The notes below the pieces were generated by a model, which worked only from the letters and a program-made list of their open reading frames with translations, did not search any database and was not told where the DNA came from. A DNA stretch of 64,000 nt from the human T2T-CHM13v2.0 reference genome, Homo sapiens, in the NCBI RefSeq assembly GCF_009914755.1, contig NC_060938.1; one strand, given 5' to 3'. Of this stretch, positions 52,782 to 64,000 are shown piece by piece (the stretch's first letter is position 1; every line of letters begins with the position of its first letter). A program made the translations under genes and the position numbers.

Positions 52782-53389
52782 CTGCAGAGGGACACAAGGC
52801 TAGGGTGCTCAGGCAAATCATCATTTCCCACCTCTCTTCTGACAATCAAGAAGGCTGAGGAATTGGGGCCTGAAGGTGGCCAACACTCGCCCTGTGCAAT
52901 CGAAAGCCTAGCATACTACATATTTGCCAAGAAAACAAACTGATTTTTAGCCAACACTACAGTCCAGTGATAAAAGAGTTAGGAGGAATCAAAGTCACTT
53001 TTGAATTCTCATCATATTCCTGGCAGTGACTTGCTATGTAAACCTGAGTGAATTTATTCACCTCTCTAAAAATAAATGATTCCTCAATTGCAAAATAGAC
53101 ACAACAAAGATAAATCTTCCAATCCAGTTCATCTTTCAAAAATAAAAAAATATATATCACATAAATAAAAGACTTGGGGTTCTTCAAAAGAAAAAAAAAC
53201 CTGTAGGAATAAATCATCTTAAAAAGGTAAAGTAAGAAAGGCAGTGAGCTGGATTTTACAATCCTTCTGGCTCTTTTCTGAGCCTAATGAAGACATACAT
53301 GGTCAAAAGCCTAGTTACCCAGAATGCAAGAGGAAGGAATTTTATAGTGGCACTGTGGAGAAGAGTACAAACTTCAGCAGTTGACCTAC

Positions 53390-53482
53390 CTGTGAAAGCT
53401 CATCGTCTTCATCGTCAAAGGTAAAAGCCTTGAACTTGGAGCTGTTCCAATACTCCTCCTCATCACCCTTTGTCCGATTCAT
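53390..53482 (-). CDS. VIPAS39: VIPAS39 (SPE-39/VIPAR) first coding exon (exon 2), [12 protein letters not shown]...ELSQ
   Basis: ATG directly after acceptor gtag|ATG; donor CAG|GTAGGT; 93 nt. Confidence 0.96.
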
Positions 53483-53741
53483 CTACAGTGACAGGAAAAC
53501 ATACATTGCCCCTTTCTGGGTCTCTCCCTAAAGAGTTCCAAAAGCTTTAGTTTCCTGCACCACTAACTGATCCCAAAAATCAAGGATGCAGAAAAGAATC
53601 TGGTAAAACAAATATTGAACCTGCCATATAAAACCAGATTCTTGGGTCTCCAACTGATCAAATCATACTTCTAATCTTCTAATTACCCATAAGTAGTCAT
53701 CCATTCTTAAGAGCATCCACTTTGTCCAGGGCACTCTCTCA

Positions 53742-54169
<428 letters not shown>

Positions 54170-54581
54170 CTATCAAAAAACTTTGCTGAATACACAAGGA
54201 AGAGCAATCAGAACATGCACAAAACAGACAAAAATTGCATTCACATTTTCAACAAATACTTATTGAGCACCATCTCTGAGGCACTGTTCTAGGCTCTGGG
54301 AATACTACAGTGAATGAACAAATATTCCACCCTCATGTATGCTTTTTAAATGCCTGAAAGAACGGAAAGCAAAGCAATTAAAAGAAGCAGAATTATCTCA
54401 CCTAAATCTTCAAATTATGACTATTTTATTAACAACTGTTGGCCAAAATTTGAGAAATGAGGGGATGGCCAAGAAAAGCAAGTATATAAAGAAGTAGTCA
54501 AAAGACCACAAGTCCCTGTTATAACTACTATAAAATTCAATTTTGCCCTGCAAAAACAAGTTTTGCCCTAGAATTACAAAC

Positions 54582-54875
54582 TAGGCAGGGCACAGTGGCT
54601 CATATCTGTAATCTCAGCACTTTGGGAGACTGAGGTGGGAGGATCACCTGAGCCCAAGTTCAAGACTAGCCTGGGCAACATTGTAAAACTGTCTCTACAA
54701 AAAAATTTAAAAAACAAAACAAAAAACTAGCTGGACATGGTGACGTAGTCCCAGCTGCTTGGGAGGCTAAGGTGGGAGGATCACCTGAACTTGGGACGTC
54801 GAGGCTGCTATGAGCTGAGATTACACCACTGCACTCCAGCCTGGGTGACACAGTGAGACCCTCCCTATCTCCAAA
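54582..54875 (+). mobile_element. Alu (J-type)
   Basis: Alu consensus; TSD agaattacaaa. Confidence 0.9.
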
Positions 54876-56700
54876 TAAGGAAACAGAATTACAAAGTAAA
54901 CTATCAATGCCAACAGGATTAGAATGAAAACTATGATTTAAGCCAAGGACTGGGTATAAAACTCCCACAGCACCAAAAATAACTGTAAAGGCTAAACAGC
55001 ATCAAGTTCTAAAAGAACCATTTGCTTTTCCTTTTAATAGCACCTTCATCAATAAAAGCTTGAGAAAAGCCTTGTCATGGTAGTCCTGTTGAGGCTTTTG
55101 ATAGCCCTTAAAGATACTCTACTGTTACTTCCTGACTTTGTTTTCAACTCAGGGGATATAGGGATAGCAAGGGTATTGTGGGGATTTTCTACTATCTGGT
55201 CCCTTCTCACGGCAGACATCACTAATTGATTTCTACTGGTACAGGGTTGTTTAAAAATCCTTTTCTGTATTTAATTTTAGGGAGATAAACCAAAAATGCT
55301 GGCAGACACCATGAAATCATCCCACACAGACATTGTAGTCAGGCAACCTTGAGTTCAAATCCTGGTTTCTCTTAATTCTGAGCAAAGTGGATAAATGACT
55401 TTACTTCTAAGCCTTGGAGAAAATTATATCCTATCTCACAGGGTTGCAGGGAACATCTATAAAAGTGTCTAGCAGAAAGTAAATACTAAATGTTATTTCC
55501 TTTTAATATGGAATATCATACTGACATTTTTCTGTCTTGGTTTTCCCGTCTGTTAAATGGGCATAACAGATGACCTACCTTAGAAATGGTTCTGAGGAGT
55601 AAACCAGTTAATACATGTAAAGTGCTTAGTGCCTGACCCAAAATTAACACTCAATAGTAACTTTTATTATTAATACATCATCCTGGTACCTTGGGAAAAG
55701 CTAAAAAAGAAAATATTTTTTAGCAATCCTAAAGATTAAAAAAAATACAAAAATTCTGAGTAGCCACAAATGCTGAAGATGTGTATAGAACATATAAATG
55801 TCTCTGGCACACATGTCAGTTCATAAATCACTCTGTCATTCGTTTGATCCTCAGAACAATCTTGTAAGGTAGGCCTGGGAGATTCCATTTCCATGTTACT
55901 CATGGGGAAAGTGAGGCACAAAAGAGTTCAGTATCAAAGCCACTTTGTTAAATGCTCCTATTTCAAATTACAATCCAGGCTTTCTGGCTCCTAGACCATT
56001 TCTAGTGTCTTGCATGGTCCTTCTACCTATTTTTCACTTTCCAGAAAACTAGAGATCATTCCTTCACTATAGTAATTATCTACAGATAGACATAGAATGT
56101 GTCTAACAAACACAATAATCTACCAGAGGATTTCTGGAATCTTTTTAACCATGCAATGGCAGTAGACAACTGCCATCAATTTGTATTTATAACGCCAAAT
56201 GAGAAGCTAGGTTTACTTGGCAAGTATAGATAATGATCTAGTGGCTCTAGAGTTATAAAGTAATCAGGTACGATTGTCACTCTTAAGAGTGACAGGTGCT
56301 TCAACATGATTTAAAATACTTCAGAGGTTTGTCTTTATCGTCTCTTGTTTACTGACAGCCCACAAGGCAGGGTGAGAGACCTCAGGGGAGAACAGGAACT
56401 TTACAAAGGAAAACAGAAGAATCAGCAAGAAAACCACAACATGCTCCCTGCCTCAGAAAACTCCAAAAACCACCTACTGAGAAGTCAGACTTGGTTTCAA
56501 TTATCTTCCGAGCCAGGAAGATACAGGTGAGGCTTGTGAACTGAGACCAGGGAACAAGAGTTAAGCTAGGATGACTCTACGGGTGAACGTCCAGGAAGCC
56601 ATGGATCTACCGCAGTCGTCAGAGCCCAGCGGATCCCTGGCAGAGTTAAATGCTCGTTCTGAACCAAATGTCCGCTTCCGAACCAATCGCTGGTGCTCAC

Positions 56701-57100
56701 TCGCAGCCCCAGTCCCAAGCGTACTCCAGCGCCCAAGGGTCGCCCTGACTGAAAGAAGAGAATCAGGCCTGTAGTCATAGGGTGTAGGGATGCCTCCTAG
56801 AAGAGGGGAAAAGATCAAGATGCGGAGAGGCTGGATCCAGCCAGATACGCGACCCAAGGGGCTTGGGACACCCTCACCTCTTCCGCACAGAGCCCTCCCT
56901 CTCAGGACAGCGCCAGCCTCCGCCGCCGCTGGACCAGCCCTTCTATTCAGGCTGTGCAGCTTAGAGAAGGGGGCGGAAGGGAATAATCGTAGGGCGGAGA
57001 GAAAACACGAATAACGAGACCGCAGGGCATGCTGGAAGTCGTAGTTTCTTCTGCCTCTGCTGTCAGGCGCTGTCCCGACGAACCACAAGGCTTCTTGACT
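56701..57100 (-). other. VIPAS39: VIPAS39 first-exon region with two alternative donors (GAG|GTGAGG at 56878; CGA|GTGAGC at 56701)
   Basis: consensus donors inside the CpG island upstream of the first coding exon; TSS not determinable from sequence. Confidence 0.7.
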
Positions 57101-57210
57101 ACAGCCCCCAGAAACCCCAAGCACCGTGCTAGGTCATTTCCTCTCCTTTCCGCGAGACCTTCCGCGGTTATCCAGCGAGTCACGTAGCAAGACTACAATT
57201 CCCATGAGGC
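57027..57210. promoter_or_regulatory. Three ZNF143/SBS-type ACTACA...TCCCA motifs
   Basis: ACTACAATTCCCATGAGGC 57192-57210 (+); ACTACAGCCCCCAGAAACC 57098-57116 (+); ACTACGACTTCCAGCATGC 57027-57045 (-). Confidence 0.75.
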
Positions 57211-57381
57211 TCAGCAAGGGCGATTTAGGGTCCAGGGAAGCAATGAGACGTGTTCTTTGTTTTCCTATGGGTGAGGAATGGTTGTATGAGCAGTTGGGTT
57301 TCGGGACGCTTTTTGGGGAGAACCCGATGGAGTCTGAAGGATCTCTAAATCAGGCGGAACCCACGGTGCGGCGAGTTGGGA

Positions 57382-57418
57382 CGGAAGTAACCGGTGGGAG
57401 TGGGGAGGAGCCGGAAGT
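57382..57418 (+). promoter_or_regulatory. Two ETS/GABPA-type CGGAAGT sites
   Basis: CGGAAGT 57382-57388; CCGGAAGT 57411-57418. Confidence 0.6.
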
Positions 57419-57470
57419 TAAGGAGGGGAGGGGGTGGAGGGAAAAGCAAGCCAGGAGGTGCTTGCGGCCG

Positions 57471-57485
57471 CTTCTAGTAGTTTCC
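57471..57485. promoter_or_regulatory. Candidate imperfect heat-shock element
   Basis: cTTCtaGTAgtTTCc has correct 5-bp spacing with one degenerate unit, about 100 nt before the AHSA1 ATG. Confidence 0.45.
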
Positions 57486-57572
57486 AGGCGCTGCCGGGCG
57501 GCTGGCACTAAGCGGTCCTGAGGCTGTGGCTACGGCTGCTCCGGAGCTGGTGGCGCCGCGATAGGAGAGCCG

Positions 57573-57652
57573 ATGGCCAAGTGGGGTGAGGGAGACCCAC
57601 GCTGGATCGTGGAGGAGCGGGCGGACGCCACCAACGTCAACAACTGGCACTG
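57573..57652 (+). CDS. AHSA1: AHSA1 (Aha1, activator of HSP90 ATPase) exon 1, MAKWGEGDPRWIVEERADATNVNNWHW
   Basis: NxNNWHW motif of Aha1; donor TG|GTGAGG; 80 nt. Confidence 0.97.
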
Positions 57653-58998
57653 GTGAGGGCCAGAAAAGCAGGCCGGCCTTGGGAGACCTGCGGCCGGGCC
57701 AGGGTTTCAGGGTTCCTAGAACCTCGGCCCGGACAGAGCTGGGGCTGAGGTAGCCCTGTCCGGAGATGGGGGTGGGTCCTTCCTGTGGCAGGGGTCCGTA
57801 GCCCCAGGCCTCTCCACTCCGCGGTCACCTTCTCAGTGTTTGAGGGGAGGGAGATGGACGTGGAGGGCTGCGCCCCAGAGGAGGGTTGTCAGAGAGACTA
57901 GGAGATAACGCCCTGGCTGCTGCATCCAGCCCGAGCAGGGAGGTGCTTATTACACGTGGCCAGAGGAGTCACTGAGACTGGAACCTCCTTTGATTGTGTT
58001 GGGAGATAGCTGTGAAAGGCCTAAGGCCAGGGGTCTGTAATTCCTATTTTGCGGCCTGCGGTAAAATTAAAAGTCATTCATAGGGGACCGCTGCAGCGGT
58101 CCCGCGGGAGATTGAGAACGTGTTGTGCAGGTGCTCAGAGCTCAGATAGCTGCGGCCTCTCACCCGGAACTATCAGGTCGGGTGTGTTGGAACTCCAGGT
58201 TGCCGAGCAGCCGTGGTTTTATAACCTGACCGTTCTTAAAATAACTGCCCTCCTTCATGAAATCTTCCCAAAGTAATATTAGTTTCCTTATTTTTGAATT
58301 CCACTGAACTTTTTTCGTAATGTTTGTATTGTACCGTTACTTTGTTGCAGCCTTTTTTGCTGTTGTTTTCTCTAATAGTTGATAAGTAGGAAGGCAGATA
58401 GTGATGTTTCTTTTCCATATCTCACTTTGTATTCTCTCTTCTTAACATGCAGAGTACTTGACCTAATTTTTGTTGTTTGTTTTGAAGCCCTGGACTTAAC
58501 GTTTTTGTGGCCATCTAGGGGACAGTGAATGTGTAGGAAGTTTATAATGCAAGTGCGAATCTGATAGGTCAGAACACCGTGCCAATGAGGTCAGGGTTAT
58601 TGGTTTAATCCTTTCTGGGCCTTTTAGCTAAGTACTATTCTTTCATGGTCCAGTCTGTGTTCCTGATCTCAGCAATATGTGCAGTTTTCCACTTGGTCAA
58701 ATGGGGGCGCCATGTTAAAGTATCAAGTATTCCCCCGCACCATCATGCCGAGAAAGGAGAGCATAATTTTCCATTGAGTTTATACCATTTTCTACAGCAG
58801 CTGTCTTTGTTGACAGTGTGCAACCCCTTGTCTTCCTAAAAAAGAATGACATGTTTGTGGACATACTGGAGTGCGACTGGGAGTTTTTGTGTTCTTTTCA
58901 AACTATTTGTCAGGCCTCCTTTAACCTCGTATTCTCTTGCATAGAGCAGCGTATCCTCCGTTTGACTGCTGGTTCATAGCTCTGTTTCTGCTTTGCAG

Positions 58999-59189
58999 GA
59001 CGGAGAGAGATGCTTCAAATTGGTCCACGGATAAGCTGAAAACACTGTTCTTGGCAGTGCAGGTTCAAAATGAAGAAGGCAAGTGTGAGGTGACGGAAGT
59101 GAGTAAGCTTGATGGAGAGGCATCCATTAACAATCGCAAAGGGAAACTTATCTTCTTTTATGAATGGAGCGTCAAACTAAACTGGACAG
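58999..59189 (+). CDS. AHSA1: AHSA1 exon 2 (TERDASNWS...RKGKLIFFYEW...)
   Basis: GT-AG, 191 nt, RKxK motif. Confidence 0.97.
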
Positions 59190-59955
59190 GTAAGTCTAAG
59201 CTGGGCTGTCAGAGAGATTAACTGTGTTTTGTTTAACCTGTTAAGTAGCTGGAGAGAACAGTTTTGAGGAGTTACAGACCTTGAAGGGAGAAGGCAGATG
59301 TTGCTGCTTTGGAGTCCTATGTAAAGCAGTATCGAGTCCTGGAATTTCTTTGCCATTGTGGGATGCTAAATGGATTTCCTGTGTCTGGGTCTCATAAGTC
59401 CCATCCATGAAGTGGCCGGGCCACTGCATCTTTGGGCCTTGGTCTTTGTTGGGACACCTACGATGATATTTCTTCAGACTAGCTACATGTATCTTGTGAG
59501 TGATTTAAAAGGAGGAAGGAGAGGATTTTTTTGGTCTTGATCTTTGTGCACTGTCTTCAGTGTGAATCTTAACAGATTAAACCACTGCGCTAATGAAGCT
59601 TGTGTGTGACAGTAATTTGGGGCTGTTTTATCTATCTTCTAGTTTTATGTCCCTTGTGTATGACATTAGGAAAAAATTGAGGTCATGCATATGACCGTTT
59701 TGGACAGTCCTGACTGTCGGGAGCCTGAATGTAAAAAGGCACTAAAGCTAAGGGAGTATGAGATAGCTACTGTCTGTGTATGGGGCAAAGCATGAAATTT
59801 GTGCTTTGATAAACATTTCCGAAGTGAACAGTCATATCATAAAGAAGGGTGCAAGTAGATCTATCTGTCCATGATTTTTGTTAATTTGTTTTTAAAGTAC
59901 ACTCGAAGCATAGTAGTGTGGAAGGAATCTTCGGTGTCATCTTGCTCAGACCTCC

Positions 59956-60989
<1,034 letters not shown>

Positions 60990-61541
60990 TCAGAGGGAAC
61001 ATTACACTCGTTGAGGATGGGTATGGCTCACAACACACGCTGTAAACTGAGGTCATTGGCAGATAGGTGTTTGAGATGTGTGTGTTTTATGTATCCTGTG
61101 TAGCTGGGTGAGGCTTTCCGTATTCACCTAGTGTTTCTCATGGATGGAGTCACATATAAGCAAACATGAACTTCTCATTATAATCAAATTGTTCCCTAAT
61201 ATTTCAGTTGCACTGAAATAAATTGATATTTTCAAAACAAGTATTCTAGCAGAACTACTGGCTTTTGACCCAAGTTCTCATGGTATAACTCATGCTAGTA
61301 CCAAATCTGTAGCTCTTTGTCCCACACTGTAATAACATAGTTGGTTTCCAGTAACCTGGTGAGGAAAGACATTTCTTTTGGGGGTGCGGGTGTTGATTGC
61401 ATCTGGCATGTGGCATTCTCAGAATAAAGAGGATCAGTTCAGCCATCCAAAAGCAGCAGAAGTGAGGTAGCAGTTAGGACCCTGGAGCAGAGACCTTTCC
61501 TGCCAAGGAGTGGATTAATGACATTGCATTGGTTTTGACAG

Positions 61542-61624
61542 GTACTTCTAAGTCAGGAGTACAGTACAAAGGACATGTGGAGATCCCCAATTTGTCTGAT
61601 GAAAACAGCGTGGATGAAGTGGAG
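61542..61624 (+). CDS. AHSA1: AHSA1 exon 3 (GTSKSGVQYKGHVEIPNLSDENSVDEVE)
   Basis: GT-AG, 83 nt, frame continuous. Confidence 0.95.
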
Positions 61625-62023
61625 GTTTGTGCTTCATAACTCCTAATCCGAGTCCTCTATATCCTCTTATTCTCAGATGAGAAAAGTGACCTGTCATTCA
61701 GGATTCATAGCCCAGGCTTGGTCCAAGCATTCAGAACCCTAGCCTGCAGATAATTTTCTAGGCATATGGTGCCGTTGGAAACTTCTAGAGCAATTTGCAC
61801 TTCTTTAATTTCTTCACTTTAGCTAGTGACATGGGTTCTAACTAACATTAGCCACTTGACAGAGAGGACTCAAGAAGGAACACTAATGGGGATTGTACGA
61901 ATACCGCAGTACTCATGCATTTCCTTTGGAAATGTCAGCAGTCACCTGATTGCTCAGCCCCCACATTCCATAATGAGGGTGCCCCTCAAGTTATTTACCA
62001 CCTACTTCTCATCTTTCACCCAG

Positions 62024-62141
62024 ATTAGTGTGAGCCTTGCCAAAGATGAGCCTGACACAAATCTCGTGGCCTTAATGAAGGAAGAAGGGGTGAAACTTCT
62101 AAGAGAAGCAATGGGAATTTACATCAGCACCCTCAAAACAG
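62024..62141 (+). CDS. AHSA1: AHSA1 exon 4 (ISVSLAKDEPD...STLKT)
   Basis: GT-AG, 118 nt. Confidence 0.96.
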
Positions 62142-62379
62142 GTATCCCTTGAGTAGTTCTGTATGCCTTAAGGAGGTAGTTTCCACCTGTTAGACTCTGG
62201 TTAAGGGCCTGGACAGTCCTTTCTTTGGCAAATGGGTAAAGATTTGGGGGGAGGGGGCTTATTTCATCTTAAAGTCAGTCCATAAGCTCGGAGTAAGGGA
62301 AAGATCTGGAGCTGTGTTGCCTAATAATGATGGTTGAGCATTTTAGATGTGGCTAGACCAAACTGAGATGTACTGTGAT

Positions 62380-63000
<621 letters not shown>

Positions 63001-63472
63001 TCACATTATATTTCTAATGGACAGCGCTAATCTAAAGACTTGGCATCTCTGGACTCATTACTTGAATACAGTCTGGACTATCTTTGATATGCACTCTCCA
63101 GGGATATTTAGATGCTTAGAATAGAAGTCAGCTCAGCTTTCCCCTGGGATTCCATTTCTGCCAGTGTATTCTGATCTTGGTGTTGGAATATGTATAATAA
63201 CCATCAAAGAAGGTGATGGAACGTGATAGACACCTTTTTGGGGAGGACCAGTACACCAGTGCCATAACTAGTTGTGGCTTTTCTGCAGAGGTAAGGCAGA
63301 GTGGAGGAAAGGCACTAACCATGCATTCATAGGTGCTGGGTAGATTACCCACTCTTGAAGTCATCAAAGTGCCACAGCGTTCACGCCATCCTTCCATAGT
63401 AGACCTCACATGCACTTAATATGTTATAATGTTTCCAGTTAAGTCAGGATAAGCTTTTAAAAATAATCCCAG

Positions 63473-63770
63473 TGGCCAGGTGCAGTGGCTCACACCTGTA
63501 ATCCCAGCACTTTTGGAGGCCGAGGCTAGTAGATCACAAGGTCAGGAGATCAAGACCATCCTGGCCAACATGGTGAAACCCCGTCTCTACTAAAAATACA
63601 AAAATTAGCTGGGCATGGTGGTGCATGCCTATAATCCGAGCTACTCAGGAGGCTGAGGCAGGAGAATAGCTTGAACCAGGGAGTCAGAGGTTGCAGTGAG
63701 TTGGAGTGCAGGCTGCACTCCAGCCTGGTGACAGAGCAAGACTCCGTCTCAAAAAAAAAATAATAATAAT
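63473..63770 (+). mobile_element. Alu (Sc-like)
   Basis: TSD aataatcccagtg. Confidence 0.93.
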
Positions 63771-63974
63771 CCCAGTGAACATACTATATTCTATAGCATA
63801 TACCCAGGTACCAGTCTGGCATAGGCCAAAAGTAAAGATGTAAAAATAGCCTCTTCCTTTTCTGGTCATAACCTCATTCTGTGGTAGGATGGCTGTGTTT
63901 GTCAAGCTGTAATGAAACTCCAGATCTCAGCTACTAAGAAGTAACTTCCATGAGCTGGAATTTTATCTTTTCAG

Positions 63975-64000
63975 AGTTCACCCAGGGCATGATCTTACCT
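63975..64000 (+). CDS. AHSA1: AHSA1 exon 5, partial (EFTQGMILP), runs off window
   Basis: acceptor tcttttcag|AG, frame continuous. Confidence 0.92.

Larger units (their letters stand above)
56570..58220. promoter_or_regulatory. CpG island / bidirectional promoter of VIPAS39 (-) and AHSA1 (+)
   Basis: high GC and CpG density; head-to-head first exons less than 1 kb apart. Confidence 0.88.

Noticed and set aside
56561-57521. 187-aa (-) and 131-aa (+) ORFs in the promoter
   Set aside because: Long ORFs are expected by chance in GC-rich CpG islands; non-ATG starts and no recognisable domain.

Overview
Primate, almost certainly human, genomic DNA. Recognition of the translated proteins points to the NOXRED1-VIPAS39-AHSA1 cluster (14q24.3 from recall). 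Minus strand: NOXRED1 coding exons 1-5 (22268 down to 5292; last exon lies off the left edge) and all 19 coding exons of VIPAS39/SPE-39 (53482 down to 26996). The VIPAS39 exons splice through GT-AG sites into a 1482-nt, 493-aa ORF. Plus strand: AHSA1 coding exons 1-5 (57573 to the window end). VIPAS39 and AHSA1 share a head-to-head CpG-island promoter with three ZNF143/SBS-type motifs. The rest is dense with repeats: about 60 Alu/FLAM/FAM pieces, old L1M fragments, a truncated SVA, THE1 and MLT2 LTRs, MER20/MER3/MER5A, L2/L3, a tailless 5S rRNA retropseudogene and microsatellites. Most short ORFs in the supplied track are repeat-derived noise. I see no wholly new gene system. The best leads are RNA-processing signals (a reconstituted recursive 5' splice site and an intronic poly(A) isoform in NOXRED1, an in-frame N-terminal extension of VIPAS39), a tail-deleted SVA with a fold-back junction, and several template-switch hairpin scars. 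Exon coordinates were counted by hand; repeat boundaries are approximate.
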